Positions 16,514 to 27,323 of a stretch of DNA of 64,000 nt are shown one piece after another (the stretch's first letter is position 1; every line of letters starts with the position of its first letter). A program made the position numbers and the translations under genes. The stretch spans positions 1 to 64,000 of the forward strand of contig CAVSNY010000004.1 of the NCBI GenBank assembly GCA_963729605.1, read 5' to 3'. The notes under the pieces are model-generated. The model was given only the letters and a program-made list of their open reading frames with translations, was not told the DNA's origin and searched no databases. Source of the stretch: an uncultured Gammaproteobacteria bacterium. Its GTDB lineage: Bacteria; Pseudomonadota; Gammaproteobacteria; DRLM01.

Positions 16514-16990
16514 TCAATCCAGCGCCAAAAACATCATCGGGCTCGGCGTCACGGCATAGCCCATGGACTCGTAGAGCGGCTGGCCGAACCGGCTGGCGTT
16601 CAGCGCCAGCGACTGGATGCCCTGCTCCGCGGCACCAGGCGTGGATGGCGTGCCATCACGCAGTCGGCGCCAGCCCGCGCTGCCGATGCGCCGGCTCGGT
16701 GTAGACGTTGTAGACGAACGCGAGCCGGTCGCCCAGGATAGCGCGGACCGGGCGGCCAGGGAATGATCGTCATGCCGCCGCCGGCGACGATGCCGCCGTC
16801 GGCCGTCTTCGACGAGCCACGCGCGGTACGTGCCTGCGGGCATCATCTGCGCGCAGCCAGGGGCGAAAGCGCGCGTCGAGCACCGCGGCGGTCGAACGTG
16901 ACGCCCATGTCCTCGAACATCGCGACGCGGTGGTGCACGAGCGACGTCCTCGTCGTCGAGCGTGGCGGGTCTGATGCGGTAGTCGGACAT
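16514..16990 (-). CDS. GNAT acetyltransferase, frameshifted
   Basis: [35 protein letters not shown]. Confidence 0.85.
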   Translation of the reverse strand: MSDYRIRPATLDDEDVARAPPRRDVRGHGRHVRPPRCSTRAFAPGCAQMMPAGTYRAWLVEDGRRRHRRRRRHDDHSLAARSALSWATGSRSSTTSTPSRRIGSAGWRRLRDGTPSTPGAAEQGIQSLALNASRFGQPLYESMGYAVTPSPMMFLALD

Positions 16991-17015
16991 GGGAACCGCG
17001 GATTATACTCGGCGG

Positions 17016-17328
17016 ATGTCGAATCCCGCCGAAGCACGCCGAACGCGCCACGACGAGGCCCGGAGCCGCCGGATCTCAGCGAGAAGGGCGGCATCAAGAA
17101 CGGCCAGCCGCAGCGATCCGACGACCGCCTGTTCATGCAGTTGCTGGCGTTCGGCGGCTGCCGCGACACCGGCCGCTGGCCGCGGCGCTCGGCGGCGGGC
17201 GTCAGCGGCGTCCTGTACGAGGACGTCAACGATCCCGCGCGGGGTGGCGCTGCTGACGTTGAGCCGGATCCCGGCGTCTTCGTCGATCGCGTGCGGCCGC
17301 TGCTCAACTCGGGAAGCCGTTTGCCGGG
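17016..17328 (+). CDS. Probable chlorite dismutase/HemQ-family protein N-terminus, cut by junction
   Basis: DLSEKGG..DRLFMQLLAFGGC..VLYEDVNDPRGVALL; family from recall, catalytic half absent. Confidence 0.5.
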
Positions 17329-17329
17329 C

Positions 17330-17536
17330 TATGCGCGCTCGCGGTCGCGACCTGCTCGGTCCGGTGATGTTCCTGCCGCTGGCGATCCCGCTCGTGATCG
17401 CCGCAGTGTCGCTGTCGCTCGTGGCGTTCGACGCGAGCAGTCGATCGCCGCGCAGCTGCTGCTGTTCCTGGTCGTCTACGACGCGACGTTCCTGGTCGCC
17501 GGCATCGCGGCGTTCCCCGAGCTCGCGGTCGAGTAG
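17330..17536 (+). CDS. ccmB: Heme exporter CcmB C-terminus (5'-truncated)
   Basis: RGRDLLGPVMFLPLAIPLVIAAV..LLFLVVYD..FPELAVE; ccmC nearby. Confidence 0.75.
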   Translation, partial: YARSRSRPARSGDVPAAGDPARDRRSVAVARGVRREQSIAAQLLLFLVVYDATFLVAGIAAFPELAVE

Positions 17537-17537
17537 C

Positions 17538-17905
17538 TCAGCCCTTCGCGCCGCCCACGCGGCCCAGGTGCGTGTCCTGGAACGCAGTCGGCGAGCTTGA
17601 GGCCGTAGCCGAGCGCGCGGTCGACGCCGATGTGGAACGCCCACGCGAGCGCGACGAGCTGCAGCGCCGCGGTCGTCGATGACGACGGCGATCGCGCCCA
17701 GCGCGAACGGCGCGGCGGGACGTTGACGGCGTTGTAGGTGGCCGCGCCGATTCGCGGGCCCGCGAGGTAGCCGATCGCCGACAGGTCGAAGGCCAGGAAG
17801 ACCGCCAGCAGCCACCACCAGTCCGCATCGAGCTGCGTGAACAGCACGCCGAGAGCGCGGCGAGGCGAGGGCTTCGAGCCGCTGGAGCAGGATCGGATTT
17901 GTCAT
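17538..17905 (-). CDS. DUF4260-like membrane protein, frameshifted
   Basis: LQRLE, DLSAIGYLAGPRIGAATYN, HIGVDRALGYGLK, FQDTHLG. Confidence 0.8.
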
Positions 17906-18046
17906 GCCAGCGACGTTATCCCACGGATCGGCGTCGGTTCCGCCACCCACGCGGATGCGCCGATCATCGAAACAGGGTGCCGCCTAAGGCCAACTGCGCC
18001 TCGCGGCGACGCGGACAGCCTCCGATCGCCGGTAGGATTGCGCATC

Positions 18047-18845
18047 GTGCAGCCGGATCTTCGCTCCCCGAACCTCGCGCGCGCGCGTGTCGCCCCGCCT
18101 CGCGGCGGTGCTCGCGCTCGTGCTCGTGCCCCTCACGCGTCGTGCTCGCGTTCTTCTGGGCGCCGACCGCGACGATCGGCCTCGTCGGCGGCGAGGTCCA
18201 GTACGACTTCCCGCAGAAGATCTTCTACCTGCACGTGCCGATCGCCCTCGCCGCGTACCTGTGCTTCGCGGCCGGCGCCTGGAACGGCCTGCTGTACCTG
18301 CTCAAGGAGCGCGAGGACTACGACATGCGCTCCTACGTCGGCGTGCACTCCGGGATGGTGTTCGGCACGCTCGTGCTGCTCACCGGCTCGATCTGGGCGA
18401 AGGCCGCCTGGGGCGTGTGGTGGCAGTGGGGCGACCGCCAGCTGCTCGTGTTCCTGACCCTGTACCTGTTCTACGGCGCCTACTTCGTGCTGCGCTTCTC
18501 GCTCGACGCCGGCCGCGCACCGCGACCGGGCGAGCGCCGTGTACTCGCGTGCTCGGCGTCGCGCTCGTGCCGCTGTCGTTCCTGGCGATCCGCATCGCCG
18601 ACACGCTCATCCACCCGATCGTGCATCACCAGCCGACGGGCGACCGACTGACCGGCCCGATGTGGGCGACGTTCGGCATCGGCGTCGTGGCGTTCGCGGC
18701 GCTCGCCGATGTGGATGCTGCAGCTCGAGACCGCCGGCAAGCTGCGCGCGTCGCGCGGCTGGTGCGCCGACGAGGAGCGCCCGGCCGGCACGGCGCATGC
18801 GACGAGCGCAGCGCCCGCGAGCGAGGAGGTCGCGCGCATGCATGA
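18047..18845 (+). CDS. ccmC: Heme exporter/cytochrome c biogenesis CcmC, frameshifted
   Basis: KIFYLHVP, TGSIWAKAAWGVWWQWGDRQL (WWD domain), TLIHP. Confidence 0.88.
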
Positions 18846-18970
18846 CGGCTGGGAATACGTCGTCGCCGCATACGGCGTCGACGGCCGTCGACGCTCGGCG
18901 CGTGGTTCTGGATGATCGTCCTGCGCAAGCTCGCACGCCAGCGGCGCAGCGGGAGCAGCGCGATGGCTGA
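18838..18970 (+). CDS. Small single-TM protein, CcmD-like
   Basis: MHDGWEYVVAAYGV with GGAGG RBS, directly after ccmC. Confidence 0.5.
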
Positions 18971-20219
18971 CGCACGGCACGCGGCATCGTCTGCATCGGC
19001 GCGCGCCACCAGACCGCGAGCCTCGCCGTCGCGCGAGCGCTTCGCGCTCGAGCGGCCGCGCGGCACGGAGCTGTGCGCGCGAGCTGGCCGAGCACCCCGA
19101 CGTGCTCGAGGTCGCCGCGCTCGCGACCTGCAACCGCAGCGAGCTGTACCTCGTCGCCACCGACGTCGACGCCGTGCATCCGGCGTCGCCGTCGCGGCGT
19201 TCGCGCGCCTGGCCGACGCCGATCCCGAGGAGCTGTCGACGATGCTCGCCGTGCGCGAGGAGCGAGGCGGCGGTCGAGCACCTGTTCCGCGTCGCCGGCG
19301 GCATCGAGAGCGTCGTCACCGGCGAGGCGCAGATCCAGGGCCAGCTGCGCGCCGCGCACGAGCACGCGCGCGAGGCCGGCACCTGCGGCCCGCTGCTCGA
19401 CCGGCTGTTCCGACGCGCGGTGGAGATCGGCAAGCGCGCGCGCACCGAGACGCGCATCGGCGCCGGCCGCGCATCGATCGGATCGGTCGCCGCCGAGCTC
19501 GTCGCCAGCCGCCGCGGTGGCTCGCTCGAGGACGCGCGCGTGCTCGTCGTCGGCGCCGGCAAGATGGGCGACGCTCGCTGCACGCAGCCTGCGCGCAGCG
19601 CGGCGCGCGCCGCATCGACGTCGCCAACCGCAGCGTCGAGCGCGCGCAGCCGGTCGCCGCCAGCTCCGGCGCGAGCGGCGTCGGCGTCAGCGTTCGCCGA
19701 GCTCGACGCCGAGCTCGCGACGCTGCGACGCGGTCGTCAGCTCCACCAACGCCCCGCACGTGGTGATCGACGCGCGAGCGCGTCGAGGCGGCGATGCGCG
19801 TGCGCGACGGTCGCCCGCTCGTGCTCGTCGACCTGGCCGTGCCGCGCGACATCGACCCGGCGTGCGGCGAGCTGCCCGGCGTGCACGTGTTCGACCTCGA
19901 CGACCTGGAGCGCGTCGTCGCCGAGACGCTCGACGTGCGCACCGAGGAGGTCGACGCGGTCGAGCAGCTCGCGCGCGACGGCGCGCGACGAGTTCGCGAC
20001 CTGGCTGCGCGCCGAAGGCCGCGACGCCGCGCGATCCGCGCGATGCGCGAGCGCGCCGAGCGAGCTGCGCCAGGCGGAGCTCGAGCGGTTCCTCGCGCGC
20101 ATGGCGCACCTGGCCGCCGAGGATCGCCAGCGCATCGACCAGCTCACGCGCGGCATCGTCAACCGCCTGCTGCACGACCCGACGATGCGGCTGCGCGAGG
20201 CCGCGGAGCAGGTAGCTGA
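18963..20219 (+). CDS. hemA: Glutamyl-tRNA reductase, frameshifted
   Basis: ATCNRSELY, HLFRVAGGIESVVTGEAQIQGQ, GAGKMG, VDLAVPRDIDP, LLHDP. Confidence 0.93.
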
Positions 20220-21205
20220 TGACCCGGCCGCGCCCGGCGCTGCGGCTCGGCACGCGCCGCAGCCCGCTCGCGCTGCACCAGGCGGCGCTCGTGCGCGACG
20301 CGATCGCGCGCGCGATCCCGACCTCGAGTCGAGCTGGTCGAGATCGTCAGCGACGGCGACGTCGACCCGCGCGACCTGCGCGACATCGGCGAGCGCGGCA
20401 TCTTCGCGCACGCGCTCGAGCGGCAGCTCGCGCGACGGCGCGATCGACGCCGCCGTGCACTCGAGCAAGGACCTCGCGCTCGACGACACCGGCGGGCCTC
20501 GTGCTCGCCGCATGGCTCCCGCGCGAGGATCCGCGCGACGCGCTCGTCGGCAGCCGGCTGCGACGCTGCTCGACCTGCCGCACGGCGCGACGATCGCGAC
20601 CGGCAGCGCGCGGCGCATGGCGGCGCTGCGCACGCTGCGCGCCGACCTGCAGCCACGAGCCGATCCGCGGCAACGTCGCGACGCGCATCCAGCGCGCCGC
20701 GCGAGCGCGGCGACGCGGCCTGCGTGCTCGCGATGGCCGGCCTGCGTCGGCTCGGCCTCGTCGACGCAGCGCGCACGACATCCGACCGATCGCCGTCGAC
20801 GCAGCTCGTGCCCGAGGCCGGGCAGGGCGCGGTCGTCGTGCAGGCGCACGCCCAGGTCTGCGACGCGCACCGGCCTCGACTGGAGCGCGCTCGACCACGT
20901 CGCGCGACGCGCCGAGCCGTGCAGCTCGAGCGCGCGCTCGCGCGCCGCTCGGCGGCGGCTGCGACCGACCGGTCGGCGTGCACGTCGAGCTCGACGCAGG
21001 GCCGCGTCCACGTCTTCCGCGCCGTCGCCCGACGACGCCGGGCACGGCGCGTCACCTCGACGTGGTCGGCCTGGAGCTCGGGACGCTCGTGTCGGTGCAG
21101 CGCCGCGCGCGACGTCGACGACGCGGCGCACTGGACCGCCGCGCAAGCTCGCGCCGATGCTCGCCGACGCTCGTCGGCGCACAGCTCGTGGAGGTCGCAC
21201 GATGA
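20219..21205 (+). CDS. hemC: Porphobilinogen deaminase, frameshifted
   Basis: LRLGTRRSPLALHQ, AVHSSKDL, REDPRDAL, TGSARR, IRGNVATRI, LGGGCDRPVG. Confidence 0.9.
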   Translation: MTRPRPALRLGTRRSPLALHQAALVRDAIARAIPTSSRAGRDRQRRRRRPARPARHRRARHLRARARAAARATARSTPPCTRARTSRSTTPAGLVLAAWLPREDPRDALVGSRLRRCSTCRTARRSRPAARGAWRRCARCAPTCSHEPIRGNVATRIQRAARARRRGLRARDGRPASARPRRRSAHDIRPIAVDAARARGRAGRGRRAGARPGLRRAPASTGARSTTSRDAPSRAARARARAPLGGGCDRPVGVHVELDAGPRPRLPRRRPTTPGTARHLDVVGLELGTLVSVQRRARRRRRGALDRRASSRRCSPTLVGAQLVEVAR

Positions 21206-22700
21206 CGCGCCGCGCGCACGCCGGCACCGTCTACCTGGTCGGCGCAGGCCCCGGCGACGACGGCCTCGTCACCCGCCGCGCGCTCGAGCTCGTGCGCAGT
21301 CGCCGACGTGCTGCTCGTCGACCGCCTCGTCCCGCCGCGAGCTGCGCGAGCACGCGCGCGCCGATGCGCGAGCTCGTCGACGTCGGCAAGACCGCCGGCG
21401 ACCACGCGATGCCGCAGGACGAGATCAACGAGCTGCTCGTCGACCGAGGCGCTCGCCGGACGCAGCGTCGTGCGCGTCAAGGGCGGCGACCCGTACCTGT
21501 TCGGGCGCGGCGGCGAGGAAGCGATGCGCTGTCGCGCCGCCGGCGTGCCGTTCGAGGTCGTGCCCGGCGTCACGAGCGCGTTCGCGGCCTGCGCCGCCGC
21601 CGGCATCCCGGTCACGCACCGCGACCTGTCACGCCACGTCACCGTCGTCACCGCCTCGGCCGGCCGCGACGGCCAGGGCGACCCCGACTACGAGTGGCTC
21701 GCGCGCAGCGACGGCACGCTCGTGCTGCTCATGGGCCTGCGCCGCGTCGGGCACGTCGCCGAGCGCTCATCGCCGGCGGCATGCCGCCGCCCGGCCCGTC
21801 GCGGTGATCTCGCGCGGCACGACGGCGAGCCAGCGCGTCGTGACCGGCACGCTCGGCACGATCGCGCGGCCGTCGAGGAGGCGCAGCTCGCGTCGCCGGC
21901 GATCATCGTCGTCGGCGACGTCGTCGAGCTGCGCGAGCACCTCGACTGGTTCGAGCGGCGCCCGCTGTTCGGCACGCGCGTCGCGGTCACGCGCGCGCGC
22001 GCGCAGGCCAGCGAGCTGGTGCAGCGGCTCACCGAGCTGGGCGCGCAGGTCGTCGAGGTGCCCGGCGATCCGCACCGAGCGGCTCGACCCCGCGCCGCTC
22101 GACGCGGTCGATCGACGCGCTGGCCGAGCTCGAGACGGTCGTGTTCACGAGCCGCAACGGCGTCGACGCGTGCTTCGACGCGGCTCGCCGAGCGCGGCCT
22201 CGACGCGCGCGCGCTCGGCAGCGTCAAGCGCGTCGCCGTGGTCGGCGACGCGGCACCGCCGAGGCGTGCCGCGCCGCACGGCATCGGCGCGGACGTGATC
22301 CCGCCGGTCGGCGCACGCACCGCGGTCGGCTGCTCGAGAGCTGCTCGCAGCTCGCGCTGTTCGGCACGCGCTGCGCGATCATTCGCGCCGAGCGCGGCGA
22401 CGACCGCCTGCCCGACGGGCTCGCGGGCATCGACGTCGAGGTGCTGCTCGCGCCGGCCTACCGCACCGTGCGTGCGAGGACGCCGCGACGCGCTTCGCGA
22501 GCGACTGACGCTGCTCGGCATGCGACGTCGTCACCTTCGCGTCCGCGTCGACGGTCGCGCAACGCCGATCGGCGATCGCCAACTCGCCGGCGCGCACGCT
22601 GCCGCCCTGCGTGACGATCGGCCCGACCACCGCGGCCGCGGCTCGACGCGGCGGCCTGACACGTGCTGCAGGAGGCCGACAGCCTGACCGGGCATCGCAC
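21202..22700 (+). CDS. cobA: Fused uroporphyrinogen-III C-methyltransferase/synthase, frameshifted
   Basis: VYLVGAGPGD, VRVKGGDPYLFGRGGEE, VPGVTS, GIPVTHR; WFERRPLFGTRVAVTRARAQAS then HemD FTSRNGV, IGPTT. Confidence 0.88.
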
Positions 22701-22779
22701 CGGGCCGCTCGACGTCGCCAACCACGGCAGCCTGAGCGCCCGCGAGCAGCGTCGCCCGCCGCCGCCGCCACGGCACTGC

Positions 22780-23656
22780 GCGTCTCGCGCAGGAACGCGG
22801 CGACGACGAGGCCGCCGCCGAGCGCGACGCCGACCCAGCTGTTGACGGTGAAGAACGCCTGGTCGATGCGCGACAGGTCGTCGGCCGAGACGATCGAGTT
22901 CTCCCATGCGAGCAGCGCCGCGGCGATCGCGATGCCGATCCACGCGGCGAGGCCGAGCTCGAGCTGGACCGCGGCGCGCGCGAACGCGGCGATCGTGCAC
23001 GCGTGCGCGACGCGCACGATCGTGAGCGCGCGGGCGATGCCGAAGCGCGCCGGCAGCGACTGGATGCCGTTGCGCGCGGTCGAACTCCACGTCGGCGGTC
23101 GCGTAGATCACGTCGAAGCCGCCGATCCAGCGCGGCGATGCCGAGCCACAGCAGGTACGGCGCGAGCTCGTCGCCCGGCGCGCCGGTCGCGAGCCACGCG
23201 CCGAGCGGCGCGAGGCCGATCGACAGGCCGAGCACGAGGTGGCACAGCCACGTGAAGCGCTTGGTGTACGGATACAGCACGAACAGCGCGACGGGGATCG
23301 GCCACAGCACGCGCGTGATCGGGTCGAGCTGGAACGTCGCGGCGACGAGCAGCGCGAGCGACGCCGCGCACAGCAGCCACACCTGCGCGGGCGCGACCTT
23401 GCCCGGTCGGCAGCTCGCGCGATCGCGGTGCGCGGGTTGCGCGCGTCGATCTCGCGCGTCGATCACGCGGTTGAGGCCCATCGCGAGCGTGCGCGCGCCG
23501 ACCATCGCGAGCGTGATCCACACGCACGAGCGACGACGGTGACGTCGCACGTCGGCCGCGTCGCGCGCCGAGCACCATGCCGGCGTAGGCGAACGGCAGG
23601 GCGAAGATCGTGTGCTCGAACTTGACGAGGCTGGCGAGTGTGCGGAGCGTGCGCAT
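22780..23656 (-). CDS. UbiA-family prenyltransferase (MqnP-like), frameshifted
   Basis: VKFEHTIFALPFAY, ARTLAMGLNRVID, YPYTKRFTWLCH, IDQAFFTVN. Confidence 0.88.
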
Positions 23657-23667
23657 CGCGCGCCAGC

Positions 23668-24360
23668 CTACCGCGCGCCTACCCGTCGCTCAGCTCGGTC
23701 GCGAGTCGACGCCGTGGAAGCGCGTGCGCGGCGGCGTCGGCGCGCGAGCGCCTCGGCCTCCGCGCATCGCGAGCTCGACGATGCTCGGGCGGCTCGTCGA
23801 TCGACGCGCTCGCGGCGCGAGCCAGCTGACACGTGCAGCGCGCGCGCCGAGCGCCGCGCCGAGCAGCGCCGCGGCGACGCCGCGCGAGCACGCATGCCCG
23901 GCGCGCCCGACGAGCGCCGTCGCCGACGAACGCCGAGCGTCGGCGATGTCACGCGGCGACGCGGCAGCCGAGCACGCCCGGGAGCGTCAGCGCGAGCGAG
24001 CACGCGCGGGCACGCGGCAGCGTCCACGCGAGCGCGCCGCAGTCCCACGCGAGCACGCGCGCCGGGGTGTCGCAGCCGCGCGAGCTGACATGCCGAGCGC
24101 CAGCAGCAGCGTCGCGCCGACCACGAGCAGCGCGAGCGCGCCGCAGCACCGACGCGTCGCAGCGCGCGCGCGCGCAGGCGCGGTGCCGAAGCTCGCCGCC
24201 TGCGAGCAGCGACCGCGCCAGCGCCGAGCAGCGCGACGCCGCCGAGCGACGCAGCCCGAGCGAACCACGCCCACCACGGCGTCGGCTGCCAGCCGGCGCA
24301 GCGCGCCGGCGTCCTCGCCGATCTCGTCGTCCAGCCGAGCAGCGTCGTCCAGTCGCTCAC
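23668..24360 (-). CDS. Hypothetical membrane protein, heavily frameshifted
   Basis: Hydrophobic segments in several frames between otsA and the UbiA-like gene. Confidence 0.35.
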   Translation of the reverse strand: MSDWTTLLGWTTRSARTPARCAGWQPTPWWAWFARAASLGGVALLGAGAVAARRRRASAPRLRARALRRVGAAARSRCSWSARRCCWRSACQLARLRHPGARARVGLRRARVDAAACPRVLARADAPGRARLPRRRVTSPTLGVRRRRRSSGAPGMRARAASPRRCSARRSARALHVSAGSRRERVDRRAARASSSSRCAEAEALARRRRRARASTASTRDRAERRVGAR

Positions 24361-25372
24361 CGCGCCACCAGCGGCTCGCCGGCGCGCAGCGCGGCGATGT
24401 CGTCGAGCTGCGCCTGCATCCAGTCGCGCACGTCGTGGTCGATCACCTGCCGGCGCATCGCCTCGGCGCGCTCGCGGCGCTCGGGCGCGGGCATGCGCAG
24501 CGCCTCGAGCAGCGCGTCGGCCTGCTGGGCGACGTCGAACGGGTTGACCGTCACCACGTACGGGCCGAGCTCGTTGTAGGAGCCGGCCTGGTCGCTCAGC
24601 ACGACCACGCCGTCGCGCTCGTTGACGAGCGGGCCTTCCTTGCTGACGAGGTTCATGCCGTCGGCGACCGGGTTGACGAAGAGCACGTCGTACTCGCGGT
24701 AGGCGGCGACGCCGCCTGGAAGTTCGAGTCGAGGTTGACGTGCAGCGGCGTCCAGGTCGGCGTCGCGAAGCGGTGGTTGACGGCCGTCGCGGCGGCCTTC
24801 ACCTGCGCGAGGTAGTCGATGTAGGCGGTGATGTCCTGGCGCGACGGGTCGAGCTGGCAGAACATCGACACCTCGCCGTGCAGCTCGGGGTGCTCCTCCA
24901 GCAGCAGCGCGTAGGCGCGGAAGCCGCGCACGATGTTCTTGGACGGGTCGGTGCGGTCGACGCGCACGATCAGCTTGCCCTCGCTGCCGTCGTCGGGCGT
25001 CGCGGGCGCATCGCGCTGATGCGCGTGCGCAGGCGCTCGACCGTGGCGCTCGCGGCGTGCTCCTCGAACTCGTCGACGGCGACGCTGATCGGGTAGGTGC
25101 GCACGCGCGTGATCGCGCCCATGTAGCGGACCGTGCCGGTGCGGAACTCGACGCTCGCGCCGAGGAAGTGGTGCACGGTGCGCAGGAAGTTCTCGGCGTC
25201 GCGGTGCGTCTGGAAGCCGACCACGTCGCAGGCGCAGCAGGCTCTCGCACACGTCGCGCGCCCAGCGCGCGCGGCAGCGCGCGCCACGCCCGGGTCGGGC
25301 CACGGGATGTGGCAGGAAGAACTGCACGAACGGCGCGGCGCGGGCCTGGCGGCGAGCGAGCCGCTCGCGCAT
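24357..25372 (-). CDS. otsA: Trehalose-6-phosphate synthase (GT20), 5'-truncated, frameshifted
   Basis: HIPWP, VVGFQT, YPISV, RVDRTDPSKNIVRGF, DGMNLVSKEGP, VNPFDV. Confidence 0.92.
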
Positions 25373-26040
25373 ATCGCCTCGAAATCACTGGCCGAGAGAT
25401 TTGGCGATAAAGGAATGATCGAGACTGAAACGTCCGCACGTTCTGTCCCTATCACGGGACTTGGCGTTCCAAATATTCCATCGTTTAGCCAGCCAATAGT
25501 TGGCTTTGGTCGGACATCCACCGCATGCCCGTCTGATTCATCGGCTGTTTGAACAATCGAGGCCACTAGACTATCAACCTGAGCGAGTGGAATATCATGC
25601 AGTTCAACGGTTCGTGACCAACGCGGGCCGAAATGGTAGACAGCGGCGTACATAATTTTGGCCTTGATACTGTCCACGTCTCCCGCCAACATAGCAGTGT
25701 AGAAGGCGAGATGAACGTCTTGTCACGGGCGCGACTTCTGGTCGCAGGCCACGTCATGTATGACTGAGGCGGGTCTGTACTTTCCCTCGAACGGACCGCC
25801 GATCACAGACCAGGCTATTTGTGGAATAGATGCGCCATCCACAATGGAACCCTTTGGCGCATTCCAAGTTACGTTGTTGGGTGCTAAGTAGCTAAATGGC
25901 TCGATCAACTCCATTCTCCGGCCGTCATCCAGCCATTTTGCGCTAACCGATCCAACAAACAAACCGAAGGTCTGTGCATTGCAGACCAGGGCATTCGTGC
26001 TGAGCAGGACTACCGCTAGTGCGCTAATGATTGTTCGCAT
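25373..26040 (-). pseudogene. Secreted DUF1353-like protein, integron cassette ORF, in-frame TGA at 25723-25725; 3' end cut by junction
   Basis: Signal peptide, DGASIP, ASVIHD; same frame continues QDVHLAFYTAMLAGDV..MYAAVYHFGPRW after the TGA. Confidence 0.8.
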
Positions 26041-26054
26041 GATGCACTCCTGCG

Positions 26055-26126
26055 GTCTAACGTTGAAGCTGTGCGGTGCAAATGAAGCGTAGCGTAGTTT
26101 GCATCCGAACGAGCGCCATGTTATGT
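26055..26126 (-). mobile_element. Integron attC recombination site (72 bp)
   Basis: Minus strand ACATAAC..GCTcGTTCGGaTGCAAA-loop-TTTGCACCGCACAGC..GTTAGAC: R boxes, L boxes, two extrahelical bases; 7 bp after the upstream stop. Confidence 0.92.
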
Positions 26127-26133
26127 GCCGATT

Positions 26134-27153
26134 TCATTCCCCACGTAATACCTGGCAAATAAAATCAATAGCGCTTTCCTTATAAATGCTTGGCGTTGCA
26201 TTAGATAATTTACCTTCTTTCACAAAAGCGTCTTTTTGTTTTTTACTGGAGAATACATAAGAAGAATAGTCAGTATTGTTCTTGATATCGGTTTCTTTAA
26301 TTATTCTCCAAACATCGGTTTGCTTTGCATTTGGCATTTTTTTGCGTACTGCCGCATCTAGTTCTCGCGCTGTTAGAGGATATTCTTTGATTAAATCTTC
26401 CTTTACCTTCTTAACAACCTCTACTTTATCGATTGGCACAACATCGCCAATTAATTTCAAGGTCGCAGCACCAGATTTCTCTGTGAACATACCCTCTTTG
26501 ACAAATTTGAGTTTTTTGGCCAATTCTTCATCAAGCACAAGTATTCTTGAACTATCTTTCTCAATTAAAGATTTTTCGGTATCTAAGATTGCTGCATTAC
26601 TAGGACCCGCCTTGCCGATCTTTGACATAAGATCGAGCCATTGATCATTGTTTTGTTTTATCCGTTTATTAATTATGGCCTCTAGCTCAGCGAATTGTAT
26701 TTTTTGCGTTCTTCCACCATATCTGTAATAAATCTCTCCATTTTTTATTATCTGGTCTTTACCTTCATCTTTTTTTGCGATTATCGGTTTCGTAATTGCT
26801 TCGTATATCTTGAATATACCGAATTGCATACCTGAAACTTCAATTAGTGATAACTCCCACCTCATGTCTGAGGAGAATATCTGCAATAAATAGCCAGTTA
26901 TCTTCTCTGCATCTAGTTTTTCGAATTGATCGATGGACTTCTCCGTCATTCCAATGAGCGTTCTAGGTGAGTCTTTAACCCCATAGATTAGATAGCCCCC
27001 ACGGTTGTTGGCAAACGCAGCGAAATCCCTAAAGTAGTCAGCCAGAGCAGCCAGACTAAACTGCTCCTTAAATTCAAGCTCTTGTCCTTCGCGATGAAAT
27101 AACGTTCCGCCTTTCAAACGAAGTAGCTCTTCTACTTTCTCCTGTTCAATCAT
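26134..27153 (-). CDS. Schlafen/AlbA_2 domain protein, integron cassette
   Basis: REGQELEFKE, FAAFANNRGGYLIYGVKD, YYRYGGRT; markedly AT-rich relative to host. Confidence 0.88.
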   Translation of the reverse strand: MIEQEKVEELLRLKGGTLFHREGQELEFKEQFSLAALADYFRDFAAFANNRGGYLIYGVKDSPRTLIGMTEKSIDQFEKLDAEKITGYLLQIFSSDMRWELSLIEVSGMQFGIFKIYEAITKPIIAKKDEGKDQIIKNGEIYYRYGGRTQKIQFAELEAIINKRIKQNNDQWLDLMSKIGKAGPSNAAILDTEKSLIEKDSSRILVLDEELAKKLKFVKEGMFTEKSGAATLKLIGDVVPIDKVEVVKKVKEDLIKEYPLTARELDAAVRKKMPNAKQTDVWRIIKETDIKNNTDYSSYVFSSKKQKDAFVKEGKLSNATPSIYKESAIDFICQVLRGE

Positions 27154-27185
27154 CCATGCGCTCGATTTTTAAAGAAGCCGAAAGG

Positions 27186-27244
27186 TACATAATCTTAAGT
27201 AGACATCCTAATTGACGCCTTATAAGGCGTCATCAGGTGTTCTA
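27186..27244 (-). mobile_element. Degenerate att site at head of the cassette array, with 20-bp perfect palindrome
   Basis: Minus strand aTTATGT complements the cassette's own ACATAA; stem TAGAACACCT/AGGATGTCTA around TGACGCCTTATAAGGCGTCA (27213-27232). Confidence 0.55.
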
Positions 27245-27323
27245 AATTTTTCCCATGGTAAAAGTATCCTGTACTATCAGCAAGAAAATAAATTTAGGGT
27301 GTGTAGGATGACTTCGCTCGGCA

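Noticed and set aside
19102-21807. 901-aa HemA-HemC-CobA fusion
   Set aside because: Product of frameshift errors; separate TGATG and ATGA start/stop overlaps are visible at 20217-20221 and 21202-21205
24970-25692. 240-aa DUF1353-OtsA fusion ORF, or a cassette inserted into otsA
   Set aside because: Spans the contig junction at ~25372; no att site or duplication there
27182-27209. dif/Xer site
   Set aside because: Only TTATGT matches the XerD arm; better explained as the cassette core site
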